Of a DNA stretch of 64,000 nt, positions 35,591-52,964 are shown piece by piece (position 1 is the stretch's first letter; each line of letters opens with the position of its first letter). Both the position numbers and the translations under genes were made by a program. The notes below the pieces were generated by a model. That model was not told the origin of the DNA, did no database searches, and saw nothing but the letters and a program-made list of their open reading frames with translations. This stretch comes from the human T2T-CHM13v2.0 reference genome, Homo sapiens. Location: assembly GCF_009914755.1 (NCBI RefSeq), contig NC_060926.1; one strand, 5' to 3'.

Positions 35591-36133
35591 CTAGCACTGA
35601 GAAGGCCCTGGGTTTCCCTTTTCCTCTGTTCCTGAGACACACCAAACTCCTTCTGCTTGACGGGCTATTTTTTGAGAGATGTGGGTCCTTTGATGTGGTC
35701 GAGTCTATGCTCCCCTGCTAACTCTCAGAGCTACTGTGAGTTTTCTAATTTCCACCTTTGTGAAAGTCCCTTCTGTCCCAACGTCAAGGGTTGATACAGT
35801 CTGGGGAGAGCTTTTACATGCATTTCAGCCTGAATTGATGTCAAGACATCAACAGTCTCTCCCTTCCGAACTTCCTTTTAGTTTCCTGACAAAAGCATCA
35901 CCTGTCTTTCTCCAGAAATGAATCGTTGGGGACCCTACAGGTAGTACTGGCTGTGCCTGTGAATTTGTGATCATTGAAGACAAAGGAGCCAGAAAGATAC
36001 TTGTTTAAACTTACCTAATAAAAATGAGAGTTGGATAAAAATTCCTAGGTTTATTGAATTTGAACGTACACAACTATTACTTTAAAGTGCACATAATGCA
36101 ACTCAGAAAAAGACTTAAAATAAAACCAAGTTT

Positions 36134-36513
<380 letters not shown>

Positions 36514-36631
36514 TTAATTCAAAGAGCTGTGTATTTTGGGGAAAGTGTGGGGCGGGGAAGAAAGTTTGCATGGCATCCTGCATACAATTGTGTTAATAAG
36601 GACCTTGTTCTCTGTCTTTGTTTCCCTGTAG

Positions 36632-36823
<192 letters not shown>

Positions 36824-36946
36824 TAAATGATTAAAAAGCCTGGAACTTATGATGTTTACATTGTTGCCTATGAATTTGGTCTTGTTTCTCCCCTGACTTT
36901 TCCTGGGTTTCCTCTTAAATGGGTAGGGGTGGGGTTGTGTCTTTAA

Positions 36947-37375
<429 letters not shown>

Positions 37376-38484
37376 TGACAGCAGGAACCCCCTCGCTTCC
37401 TCGGTGGGAGGCATCTTTCTAAAGCCAAGAGGAATAGAAGTTGCTTCTGAAGTTCAAAAGTCACTATTTTCCCAAAATAAATGTTCTCTTTGGGTGCTAG
37501 TCCATGAGTGTGAAGGTGCATTTTCATACCCTTAGTAATTCAGTAAGGTCTCCTAGTACCAAGTTTATTCTTTGCTCTCTAATGAATGTTAATTGATGGA
37601 GATGAATTAGTCAGGAATGGGGGAGTGTTCAAAGAGAAGAGAGACCCTGGATGATAAACCCACTGCTGTCATCAGGAGTGGTTTGTGTTCCTGCCATTAC
37701 CGTGGCATGATAAGTGGCAGGGAGCTGGCAGGACTTTTGAGCTAAGAGCATCTTAATGCCCAGCATGTCAGATTGACAATGTTTTAAAGTTGTGTAAGTC
37801 CCTGTGGGTCTCAGGGAGCTGGTGTGAATTATTCATGGTGCTTTTCTGCAGTTTCTTGGGACCTTCATTTTTTGGCGTCGTCTCTCTACCGTTGAACCCA
37901 GAAGTCTAGCTCAGGACTCATGTGTAGCAGGCACTTGATTAGTAATGGTTGAAAAAATAAATATTGATGGTGAAAGTGGTGTTATCCCTAAACCATTATG
38001 AAAAGTCATCCCAGAAAATCTTTTCACACTTAGCAGTTTACAAATTGTTTGACAACTACTGTTGTTGTCGTCACTGTTGTCCCCTCTGAACCTAAATGCA
38101 AAAATACATCAATTCAGCAAGTGTGTGCTAGGCACTTACAGTTTCTGAGGTACAATGCCGTGTGCTATGATAGATCTGGAGGGGGCAAAGAGTGCTGTTC
38201 TTGCCCTTACAGAGTCACTGACTCGTGTAAGAATCCTAAGTTGGCTTAAAGTTTCATGCCAACTCTGACAGACTTTTTTTAGTGACTTCTAGCCGTCCTG
38301 GGTTGAGAAAGATTCCAAGGGTCTGTCTGTTCTCAGCGGGAGAGCATTTTGATCGATTAGTGATGTCTGCCATGGGTATGACCTGGGGGAAGAGTCCTGA
38401 CACCAGTGCCCTGTGTCTGACTTTCCTTGCCTAGTAGGTCTGAGGTGCAGATGGGGAATGGAGCTGGGATGGAGGTGGAGGAAG

Positions 38485-39969
38485 TGTGTCTGGAATTGGT
38501 GGGTTCTTGGTCTCACTAACTTCAAGAATGAAGCCGCGGACCCTTGCGGTGAGTGTTACAGCTCTTAAGGTGGTGCGTCTGGAGTTTGTTCCTTCTGATG
38601 TTCGGATGTGTTCGGAGTTTCTTCCTTCTGGTGGGTTCGTGGTCTCGCTGGCTCAGGAGTGAAGCTGCAGACCTTTGCGGTGAGTGTTACAGCTCATAAA
38701 AGCAGTGTGGACCCAGAATGAGCAGTAGCAAGATTTATTGCATAGAGCGAAAGAACAAAGCTTCCACACTGTGGAAGGGGACCCCAGCAGGTTGCCACTG
38801 CTGGCTCGCGCAGCCTGCTTTTATTCTCTTATCTGGCCCCACCCACATCCTGCTGATTGGTAGAGCTGAGTGGTCTGTTTTGACAGGGCGCTGATTGGTG
38901 CGTTTACAATCCCTGAGCTAGACACCAAGGTTCTCCAGGTCCCCACTAGATTAACTAGATACAGAGTGTCCACACAAAGGTTCTCCAAGGCCCCACCAGA
39001 GTAGCTAGATACAGAGTGTTGATTGGTGCATTCACAAACCCTGAGCTAGACACAGGGTGCTGATTGGTGTGTTTACAAACCTTGAGCTAGATACAGAGTG
39101 ACGATTGGTGTATTTACAATCCCTGAGCTAGACATAAAGGTTTTCCAAGGCCCCACCAGAGCAGCTAGATACAGAGTGTCGACTGGTGCATTCACAAACC
39201 CTGAGCTAGACACAGGGTGCTGATTGGTGTGTTTACAAACCTTGAGCTAGATACAGAGTGACGATTGGTGTATTTACAATCCTTGGGCTAGACATAAAGT
39301 TTCTCCACGTCCCCACCAGACTCAGGAGCCCAGCTGGCTTCACCCAGTGGATCCCGCACCGCGGCTGCAGGTGGAGCTGCCTGCCAGTCCTGCGCTGTGC
39401 GCCCGCACTCCTCAGCCCTTGGGTGGTCGATGGGACTGGGCGCCATGGAGCAGGGGGTGGCGCTCGTGGAGGAGGCTCGGGCAGCACAGGAGCCCACTGA
39501 GGGGGTGGGAGGCTCAGGCATGGTGGGCTGCAGGTCCCGAGCCCTGCCCCACGGGAAGGCAGCTACGGCCCGGTGAGAAATTGAGTGCAGCGCCGGTGGG
39601 CCGGCACTGCTGGGGGACCCAGTACACTCTCCGCAGCCACTGGCCCGGGTGCTAAACCTCTCATTGCCCGGGCGGGCAGGGCCGGCCGGCTGCTCCCAGT
39701 GCGGGGCCCGCCAAGCCCACGCCCACCCGGAACTCCATCTGGCCCGCAAGCTCCACACGCAGCCCCGGTTCCCGCTCACGCCACTCCTTCCACACTTCCC
39801 TGCAAGCTGAGGGTGCCAGCTCTGGCCTTGGCCAGCCCAGAAAGGGGCTCCCACAGTGCAGCGGTGGGCTGAAGGGCTCCTCAAGTGCCGCCAAAGTGGG
39901 AGCCCAGGCAGAGGAGGTGCCGAGAGCAAGCGAGGGCTGTGAGGACTGCCAGCACGCTGTCACCTCTCA
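38485..39969 (-). mobile_element. Full-length LTR12C (HERV9) solo LTR, 1485 bp
   Basis: Reverse complement begins TGAGAGGTGACAGCGTGCTGGCAG and ends AAGAACCCACCAATTCCAGACACA; 4-bp TSD gaag; tandem CCAAT/GATA repeats. Confidence 0.95.
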
Positions 39970-40154
39970 GAAGCGTAAGGTAAATGACTCATGTCAGTGT
40001 TGAACAGCAGGATTATCAGGCTTCACCTACCAGCAATTCTTGCCCCAGGACGGGGCCCTGCTATGTGCAGGGAATTTCCCCAACTTTGGATCAGCCCCAT
40101 GGGAGTCCCATGCACTGCCCTGGGAAGTCACAGCTCTGCCCAGGCCATGCCCTC

Positions 40155-40613
40155 GGTATTAGTCTGTAGGGCTGCCAAGATGAAGCACCATAGACCTCAT
40201 GGCTTTAATAACAGAAGTTCATTGCCTTATGGTTCTAGAGGCCAGAAGTCTGAGATCAAGCTGTCAGCAGGGCTGACTCCCTCTGGAGGCTGTGCGGGAG
40301 ACTCTGTCCTAGCCTCTCCTCTAGCTTTTGGCGGCCAGCTGGCAAGCTTCACCATTCCTTGGCTTGTCGATGCATCCCTCTGATCCCTGTCCTCATGGGT
40401 GACTCCTGCATGAGTGATTGTGTCCAAATCTCCGCTCTCCCTGGGGACATTCGTCGTACTGGATCAGGGGTCACCCTACTTCAGCATGACTTCCTCTTTA
40501 CTTAATTAGTTATATCTGCAATGCCCCTGTTTCCAAACAATGTCACATGCCAAGGTACTGGGGGCTAGGACTTCCATGTTTGAATCTTTGGAGACACAAT
40601 TTAACCTGTAACA
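40155..40613 (-). mobile_element. MLT1 (MaLR) LTR
   Basis: ttctagaggccagaagtctgagatcaag...acaatttaacctgtaaca. Confidence 0.75.
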
Positions 40614-41151
40614 CCTAAAACGAGTCTCTTTCTCTTAGCTGCCATCCTACTTCCTAGCTCTGTGTTGTGCCTTGCTATGTATGTGTCAGCAGCAGCGAGG
40701 GAATGGGAATAGTCTGTTTGAGGGAAGCAGAGAAAGACTGAAGGAGATTCATCATTTAAAACAGGGTGGGCCCAGACCAGAGTGAGGAAGTGAGAGAAGC
40801 AGCCCTCATCCAGCTAGGAGCCCTGGAGCCACGGTGCGGGAGCTCACTCTGGGTGAGGCCCTGCGTTTTCCCTTCTCCCGACCTGGCGTGGTTTCCTCCA
40901 CTCTCACTTGTAGTTGACCATGACAAAGACCCTTTTCAAAGGCATTTCAGGGACAAAAAGACAGCATTCCCAGCTTAGCTTTTGCAAGAGGGAGGGGCTG
41001 AAAGGGTGAGATTGGGGGTTTTGTAGCACTGGAGGGGGAAGTGTCCCAACACCCCCTACCTCTCATTCCCTCTGAGGGACTGGCTGATGTCTTATCACGG
41101 ACTGGGAACAACTGGGACAGTGTCTGCCCCACAAGTGGGGTAAGTGCCAAA

Positions 41152-41468
<317 letters not shown>

Positions 41469-41806
41469 ACCAAAAGGTTTTGACTGGTCTGTGGAAATTT
41501 TTAACCTTGGAGGGCAGCCCGCTGGTTCCTGGCAGGCCTTTTCTGGCACAGCTTCCTGGAGAGGCAGCTGGACCACCTGGGAGGTCACACAGGCCTCCAA
41601 CCCTTGGTGGTGACTCATAGGCAGGATCTTGAGCTCTGTGGGGGCAGCAGAGTTTGCTGGAAGAGGCACGGCGTCTGTAGGAACTGGAGCAGCACACTGC
41701 ATGACTCAGGCGACCAGCCTGACATCTCAAAGGTAGCCATTGAGTAGAATCAAGTGACACTGGATTCATAGCCTGGTGGGGAAATGAGTCATGAGCACAA
41801 ATTAGC

Positions 41807-41838
41807 AGAGAGAGAGAGAGAGACAGAGAGAGAGAGAG
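41807..41838. repeat. (GA)n microsatellite, one interruption
   Basis: Read directly. Confidence 0.9.
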
Positions 41839-42537
41839 GCAGAGGAGAGAAATGTGGAGGTGGGGAGGGAGAAAAAACCATCTGGAATTGCAAATGGCTG
41901 GTACAATAGTAACTTACTGAATTTTTTTTGACCTGCAAGAGGTTATTTAGAGAATAAGAGGATGGGCGTCTGGCATGGTGCCCTAGTGCATCTCTTCTTG
42001 CATCAACCCCACTGGGAGGTCCTTTGAGCTTTTCCAGTTCCTAACACATACTCTGTTGTTGCTCAGAATTGCGTGGCATGGGAATGATTTGATTTAGATG
42101 TTTATTTCTTATTCACATTTGGTCCTCAGGGGCTAGCACAGGTGTTGGCACCGACACGTTTCTGACAAGCATGTGTGTTTTTAGTAAATGCATTGATGAA
42201 GCACGGTCTTCATAATTCAACTCAAGGGCTGTGTGCCCCGGAGTGGCCATGGTAACACTCAGGAGACCAGCGCTGGGGAGCTGGAGAGGAACCCTGCCCA
42301 CAGCCCCACAGGCAGGAGCTCAAGGGTGTTCTCTAGGGCAGAGGGCGCTTTGGTGGCCTCTTCTCAGAATGGTTGATGAAAAGTCAAAAGTCTTTTTTCT
42401 GCTACTTTTCACCCCTCAGGCTCCCAAACATTTCTCTACCTGTCCCTGACCCTGCCTCCCTTGCTGCATTAAGGCTTGGAAGCTGCTGTGCAAGTCCAGA
42501 CGTTGTTTGACTCCTTTAGGCATCTAAAGAAACCAGA

Positions 42538-42994
<457 letters not shown>

Positions 42995-45143
42995 TCATGC
43001 ATTCTTCCTTTCAACAAATACTTCACACCCCTACTTTGTGCCAGGCACTGTTCTAGACAGCAATGGACCAAACAGACGAAGATCTCTTCCCCTATGGAGC
43101 ATTCTACCAGTTCCTGATGATTTCCAGGAGCTTTCGAGGAGAGGAGATGAGCATCGGCAAGCAGCACTAAGTGGGCGAGTCTTACACTTACTGGGAGGTT
43201 GGCCCAGAGGACTTGCAACAGTAAAATCCGAAGTCTGTAAATCACAGACAACTCTGTGCCAATTTCCTGTGTGCATTTAGCTACTAAGTCACCTGTTTGG
43301 GTCATGCAGGAGGAGACTCAGGAGAGGTAAATTTTCCTTGGAGAAAGGCCCTGGGCAGGGTTAGCATGAGGTGTTTTTGCTCAGGGAGGACACAGGGCAG
43401 GGACATGGGGTGGGAGTAGACAGGGGCAGGTGCGCAGGAGAACTGAGGAAGGACAACGTGCTGTGAGTAATTCCCAGGGGCTGCGGGAGGAAGGGTGGGG
43501 GTCTGGCTGACCCCTACCTATTCTGTCTGCTTTCATTGTGGGTGATGCTGGCTATGGGGGGATGCTTACTAAGTATCTCTTCTTGTTATTTTTAAGAACG
43601 ATCTTTGAGTGGGCCACTTTTAACTCAGCAATCCTGGGTATGAAAGCAACAGTATGGGAAGCACCCTGTGCTTAGGGTCAGCAGTGTGTGTTCCAGGTGG
43701 CTCTGCCATCCGAGGGCTTTTCTGGCCTTACAACTCTGATTCTGGTACATGAACAGGTCTGTAGAACATAGCCATGGAGATTCTTATCGTTAAAATAATC
43801 CGACACTTGGGGTCACTGTTTCTCTTCTGGTCTGCAGACTCATGCATTTGACATCCTAAATGGGATTGCTTTCCTCTAAGAAATAGTTCTGCTGGCCTGG
43901 TGCTGTCTTAATTAACCTAGTTTACACTTGTTAGGGGAAAAAAAGAAAAAAGAACCCAAGCAGGGTGTGACCTGATTTAGATTGTGTCTGATTTAGATTG
44001 TGTCAAAAAGTCATGCTCTTCCGTGTGTACCTGTGTCCCTTTGCCTGAATGCAGATGTCGAAATGCTGATTTGGAATTTTGAAACGAGGCAGTCAATAAG
44101 TGCAAATACAGTTGCTAAATAATCCTTGGGTCTGTTAAACAGACATTGGGGACGTTTATTTAAAATGGATGAGTCCCATCATGCCTTCACGGAGGGCACC
44201 ATTCAATTTTGAGGCACGTTGAATCTCCAAATCCTGACAGATATGATGAAATAGTGTCCTGGGATTTTATGAATACAGCTTATCCCAGGCATTCTGCTCA
44301 GAGAAGAGGCCTCTTTTCCTTTAAAAACACATTATCTCCCTGCGATGGTAACTTGGAGCCTCAGGATTGACCTATTTCCGACGTCGCTCTTCATGTAGGT
44401 CAGGCTTCTGCAAGTCTCCCGGGCTGAGGTTGGGCTGGGGCAGTGCCTACCTGCCTCCCAGAGCAGGGCATTAAGCGGGGAGCTAGCAGCAGGGAGGGCC
44501 TTTCCCAATCCCCCTTATCTTACCAGGCACCAGAAGAGCAAATGGTTGTTGGTGAGGGGTCCCTGGGGCTGCTAGCACCAGCAAAGCGGACAGTTCCTGT
44601 GGCCTCCCCCGAGGAGCCTGCCTTGGTTTCTGAGCCTAGGCAGAATGTTTGAACTGAGTGAATAGGGTGACAAGAATGTTGACAATACATTAGCAGATCT
44701 CTTGTCCTTCATTATGGTCCTGATAATAATGGTTATTGGCAGAGACAACTGTAGCACAAATGAAAATATCAAATATATTTTAGCTATATGGCAAGATGTA
44801 TCTGTTTCCCCTCGATTTTTGTCCATTTTTATTTTATTTAGTTGTATAAAATCACAAAGTAATAATGCTTATCACAAGTGGGACTACATAAAGAATAATC
44901 CTGCCCAATCTAGAGTATAATCTTCCACGACCTTCTTCATGCCCATAAAGATATGAATGTATGCAGGTGTTTTGTTTGTTTTTATCCAAATAGAATCCTA
45001 CTGTGTTCATCACCTTACAATTTGCTTTATTTTTTTTTTTTTAGAATTTCTCATGGGCATTCCTGCAAGTTAATCTTAGACATAGATCTTGTTTTCAGCC
45101 TAGTTTCTTGTGAACACACGTATTTCACAGAAATGGAATATTA

Positions 45144-45145
<2 letters not shown>

Positions 45146-45177
<32 letters not shown>
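45146..45177. repeat. (GT)16 microsatellite
   Basis: Read directly. Confidence 0.92.
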
Positions 45178-45181
<4 letters not shown>

Positions 45182-47004
45182 TTTAAGTTGAGCCTTTTTT
45201 TCCTTCTTTGTTAGTCTCCCTACGGACTTTCTCAACCTTTACTCTAAAGACAAGGCCTCTCAAGCTATGTTAATAAACTGCTGTGTCTCTTTCTGCTTTT
45301 ATTTGGTCCATGTGCTATGTACACACACTGTATTACATCAAACCTGAGATGTCATTTTTTTCACTTTTTAACATCTCTGAAACTGCAATTTCTTACAATC
45401 TGAGGTTTAATGAAATAGGGTAGGCATATGTATGTTTGGGGGCTTTTTTCTTCGTTCCTGGTTTTACAAAAACAATATTCTGTTTCCCATACTTTTCTGC
45501 ATTTTGCTTTCTCTTTTACTTTGTGGAAATCTCTTCAAGACAAATGACATCACTCTGTTCCTTTTTAAAAACATGATTGTAGTATATTCAATATTCCTTG
45601 AATGATGGACCACATCTTTTTCCTAGATTATGCTTTTCCCTGCAACAAAAATGCTGCAATAAACATCCTATTTACTGAATAAAAAAGAGAGAGAGTTTAG
45701 CCTTCACACAGTGACTGGACTGTTGACACATCCCACGGTGCTGCCCCAACCTGGGGGATTTTAACATTTCCTGGGTGCTTGATTTCATAGTGCCCTCACC
45801 CCCTTGGCCCACTCAAGTTGCTATTCGAATTTATAAATGAAGGAAAGGAAATGCTTCTTGAGAAATTAATGATGTGTCTTGAATCCCTTCCACATCTGAG
45901 ACTGTAGGACCTCTGTGGGATCTGAAGAAGCAGAGTGATGTGGGGAGAAGCAACTGACTCGGGCTCAGAATCATGAGGTCTGCCACTTGCTGAGCGAGTT
46001 CCTTAGCCTCTCTAGGCTGTGATTTTGGCAGCAAAGTAGGAAATATAATATCTAAATATCAGATGGACTCCTATTGGTGAGTTCATTTAGTAACATTAAG
46101 AAGTGCCCTCTTGCTTTGGTGACATTTCTTTGATGTTATTTCCCCGCCTTGCACAAGTGTTGGTTTCCATATGTGAATTCACGTAGGGCCTCGGTCTCAT
46201 CCTCATACCGATCTTCGTGTCGTTTCTTTTCAACATGTTTAACATCTGTCTTTCCCACCAAACAGTAGATTCCTTGAGAATTAGCATTGCACCTAATCCA
46301 ATGTTTCTGTGTGCCGGGAGCCTGGCACAGGTGTTTGGAATTCCATGTGCTCTCTGTAAATATATTTGAATGGATGGACAAATGAAAGGATTAGCTGGTC
46401 ACTCTGGAATTACCCAAATCCAGTTTATGGATTGATTTAGGAGTCATCCAGATGTGGTCCTCTCCTTTCCCTCTTCGGGAAAATGCGAAAAGAGAAAGGA
46501 TACTCTCTGTTTATTTCAGTGTTTTCCTGACATACTTTCTTCCAAAGAATCATGACCAATACATACACGTCGGTCCCTGAGGCACACTGTTCCTGTCAGT
46601 CCTTTCTGCGACCACATCTGTCCTCACAGAAGTTATATACAGCACTTATGTGCACATTTTTTTTAAAAAAAGATTTCTTTTAATCAAGATGTTTTACTGC
46701 CATGTGGCAGAAAATTTTTACAGTAATGACACAAATCTATGATGACAACAATATGAGTAATACCCTCTAGGACTGTGTAGTGCACAGCCTGTACCACTGT
46801 ACATGGTGGCTGGACAGTCTACATCTGCCTACGGAGGGTGTACTCACCCTCTGCAGGTTCCTCTTGAAAAAATGGTGAGGATACATCCATCCTTTTTCCT
46901 GACTTTGCCAGCAGACATGAAGAGCAGAACAGCCAGTGTGCCACCTACTTTCCAATCCTCCTGGATTAGCGTGGGGCACGTGGTAGGGCTCACTTGGCAT
47001 ATGA

Positions 47005-47223
<219 letters not shown>

Positions 47224-47479
47224 TAAGTAGTCTCATCACTTTTCCTAATTTTCTGTGTTTTGACTACAAAAGTGGAGAAAAGCTCTGCAGACATTTCAAA
47301 CCCAAGGGAAGTCTATTACTCATTAGAGATTATTACACAAGACCATGGTGTCTGCTTTATAGAGATACACCTTGGTTGTCGTGAAGTTGAGTCCCCTCTC
47401 TTCCCCCTCCCACTGATGTGTAATTTAAAAGGGGTCCTGCATGATTTTTCTCTTTGTTCTTAAAGACTTTGGGGAGAAT

Positions 47480-47605
<126 letters not shown>

Positions 47606-47857
47606 TGATCATGGGGAGAAATAAATAGAAATTGAGAACTTTGATTTGAATGCTGGCTGTGGAGTCTGCCCTTCCAGTTACAAGCGTATTTCCTCAATGG
47701 CACAGCCAGAGTGTGGGATTAGAAAAACCAACCACAAATTACCACCACAAAAACAATGTGTATTCCACATCGTAGAGAGATTAGGGTATGCCCCAAACCA
47801 TGGTTTGCATTGCCTAGCCTGCATCCTAACTGGCCTGTCGTCCCCAAATAGCTTTTA

Positions 47858-47999
<142 letters not shown>

Positions 48000-48654
48000 A
48001 TATAAGGCTAGCAATTATATATGAGTAGTACTTTCAAATGATGTCATTTTGTAAAGAATCTTAACCATTCATATTTACACTTATACAGAATGAGATGGTT
48101 TACAATGAGTGTTCGCCCTCCAATTTGAATGGGGTAAAAACATCAATTTCCTCTTCAGATAGCCTCCCTTTCTGGTTGGGTTTAAGGTTTCAGCATTTGA
48201 GCCACAGTTGGTTGGATATGATTCTAGATCACTCCAGTTAGAAAGCACAGATGGCTTTCAATGAGCACATTAGCAGGTGGTTAGATAATCAAATGATCTG
48301 GTGCAAATGAGGTAAGTTTCATTAGGGGAAAGCTGGCAGGGTGAAGTCCCAAGTGGTTATGGGGGTGGGCTGGGGGTTGGCATCGTTATAGAAGCCTTGT
48401 GAGCCAGGGAAGTTAGCAATAGCACGGTTAGGTTCCTGCTGTAGTGTGTGAGGATGGCGGGCTAAAGAGACAGGAACCTCCGAGAGCTCAGTTTGGTGAG
48501 ATGTCTTTGCTTTTCATGTCTTTTCATGTCCTTGACTCTACTTGAGGCCATGAAAGCGGAAGATCATGGCCTCTGCTGGGTGGTGTTTCTGGCCTATTTT
48601 CACTCACTCAACCTTCCAGCTCTTGCCTGTTTCTTGAAATTGGGTTATTTTTAG

Positions 48655-48924
<270 letters not shown>

Positions 48925-49992
48925 TAGGAGGATTTTGTCCTTAGAACGACTGTTGCATTTCACCATCAGTAACATTCGCTTTCTTTGATGTATTTCATCA
49001 GGGGCCTCTCCCAGGTTAAAATTTAATGAAAGATGGTTGTGAGGGCAAACAGTGTCATTTAGTGCATTGTTAACAAATAACCTCATACTTATTTAGATTT
49101 TATACTTCACAAGTTACTTTCATTTGAGTCTTGACAGTTTGCTAAGAGTGTAGGCAGGGGAGGGACTTTTATGCCAATTTGATACCTGGGGACAGTTGAG
49201 TCCAAGGAGGAGTGTTTGTCTAGAGACAAGCAGTGAGCTAGACGCATAGTGAGGATTGGAACCTGAATCATGTAACTGTGTAATATAGATACAGGGAAAG
49301 GCTATAGCAGTCTCGTTATATACACGCAATAGAAAGAATTACACATGGATGGTGTTGCTTTCCTAAACTTGTTTTCCAGATGACCCAAACCTCCACTGTT
49401 TCTGTCTTTAAATCAGACGAGCATTGAGATGAGCTCATCTGGAAGCTCCATTCCAACACTGAGGTTCTTTGAGTTTGTGGTTTTAATTCAAAGCATTTCT
49501 GGGACATCCAGTCATCATGAAGTCATGCTATGTGTGCACAAAATTAAAAAAAAATTAAACGGTCCATTCTTGTCTAATAAGGATAGCTTTTGTTTTCCAA
49601 ACAAGCAAATAAACCAACAAACTACAAAAATAATTTTGGGGTTAAAAGTGTATCAAAATCATGAGGTACAGGGACAGAGAGGTCCTCCAAAACTTAGATT
49701 CCTCCTTTGCTCTAGAGCTGGGCTCCCACTCAGAAAGCTGCTGTTGCTGGGCTGGTTTGGACATCAGCAAGCAAAAATGCATCAAACCGGTTTTAACTCT
49801 GGAAGATAGATGTCTTAAGATCCAAAGATGATGATGACCGCTTTTGTCAATTAGTCAGTGAACTCTGGGTGACTTAGATGCTCTGAGCCCTGGAACCGCT
49901 GCTCTTCTCCATGGTCCACTGAGGACGGCCGGGCCGGGGGGACTTGCCAACTGTGGGCACGGTCCTGACTCCGCTCTCCTGTCCTCCCCTGA

Positions 49993-50295
<303 letters not shown>

Positions 50296-51719
50296 TAAAA
50301 ACTCACTCCTCAAAACCTCTTCTTTGCTCTTAAGCAAGATTTTACATCAGCCTTGCAGATGGTGCCCAACATTTCAATTTTTAAACCTTTTTAAAAATAG
50401 TGATTCTGGTATTTTCAATTAACAACGTGGCAATTGAAGGCAACAAGACTTACTAGTTTAGAAACCAGGGTTGTGAGTTGTACTCATCGATGTAACAGAG
50501 TGGCTGGGCTCCCATTTCTTTCAAAAAGAGCAACATTGGAAAATCCACATTGGAACCTGGAATTTAGACTTCTGGCGTGCGTTAGCCCACTGCCAACTGG
50601 TTTTTGGAGGCAGGCTGATGGTGGCACAGATGGTTTTAATTTGCCCACACCCGATTTACAGAAGGAAAGTGAGGGGCTATGTAAATTGTGTGTTTTGGAT
50701 GGACGGGCTGAAGCATCTTTAGGATGCTGACAATAGCCTTGGCTTGTCATTTCCTACCCTACCACGATAAAACCATCCTGATGGTTTCCCTGAGCCAGAG
50801 CCTGCTCCTCCTGGTCACAGTTCTTTGTTCCTGTTGTTTTCTCTGTTATCCTCCTGGCCTTGTAAGTCTCTCTGGCCCCATCTGCTAAAGCCTCTTCCAA
50901 GACCTTAGAAACAGCTCTTTTCCCCTGCAGTGGTGGAAAGGCACCTTGGTGTTGTCACTCCCAGTCTGCACACTGTGCCTGCCGCTTTACAGAAGCAGAC
51001 GCATTTCATCCTCATAACAACCCTCCACGTCCGTCATTTTAGCTCCATGAGGATCTAAAGAGGAATTGGCAGGCGGGGTTCAGATCCAGGGTAGCCACTC
51101 ATGTGCTGTGTGCCCCCGGGAAGTGACTCCATTTTGCTGTCTCTGTTTCATGGGCACAACTGGTAAAGCACCATCTTCTCTACAGGGCCTCTCACTGGCC
51201 GGTGTGACCCCACACATGCTCAGATGAGGATCTCTGGCACGGAGCAGCTCTCAGAGGCCAGACGTTTGTACCCACTGCCCCCTCCTCTGAGATTTCTCAG
51301 ACGCACCTTGGCACATCCTAATAAAAGGGTCTTGATGCCCACTTCCAGACCCAAACTTCCCCCGATGCCCTCCTGTGAAGGTCTGCTGCCACCGTCCACA
51401 CAGTTGTGTGAACAGAGCTGTCAGAAGCCTCATTGTTGTCCTTAACACCTTCTCAGATTTCATTCCCCTCTATTCAATTCATCCACTAGTTTTGTTGATT
51501 TTTATCTCCTAAATGTTTTTTTGAAATCTGTTTTTTCCATCACCACTGCCGCCCCGTGAGCCATCCTCGTCGCTTGCCTGCCTGAGTCTTAGGCACAACC
51601 TCCTCACCTTCCTTCCCCTCGAGCCCCTTCTGATCTGTGCTTCTGCCAGAGCGATTCTTTGGAAAAGGGAATCTGATGTGTCATTCCTCTGCTTAAAACA
51701 GCCTTGTGGCTTCCCATCA

Positions 51720-52052
<333 letters not shown>

Positions 52053-52472
52053 TTAATATGTCTGCTCCGTGCACATCTTATTCTCCCATTTCCACTGATG
52101 TTTACAACCCCCACCACGGGGCCTTTGCCCATGCTGTTGCCTCTGTGGGGTGCTCTAGGCTCCCAACCTCCCCATTAGTTCATGTTCCTGCTGCTCAGCC
52201 TCTGCTCTCAGTTCTGAGACCCTTCCTTCTTGGGAAGCTGCTCCTGGATGAGTTGTCTCAGTTTATGCTTCTCAGAGCACTGTGCGTGTCCTTCTTAGCA
52301 CTTTACATGGACTGAGACTTTAAATGTGTGTGGTTGATTATCTGCCTATCCAAAGAGGCTGGAACGTTCTTGAGGGCAAAGAACATGTTCACTTGGCCCT
52401 TCCTTTTATCTTGATCTTAACAAAGCCCCTTGTTCTTAGTAGCTGCTCAGTAAATATGCATTGAGTGGATGA

Positions 52473-52964
<492 letters not shown>

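Noticed and set aside
38850-39320. Regularly spaced gagctaga / gattggtg repeats that look like a CRISPR array
   Set aside because: They are the normal U3 tandem repeats of LTR12. The spacers are themselves repetitive and the DNA is eukaryotic with no cas genes.
39233-39963. Several long ORFs, up to 213 aa
   Set aside because: They lie in the GC-rich LTR12C U3, where stops are rare; there is no coding signature.
52381-52390. gaacatgttc palindrome as a p53 or androgen response element
   Set aside because: It is only a single p53 half-site and lacks the 3-nt spacer of an ARE. I could not support any full ARE by eye.
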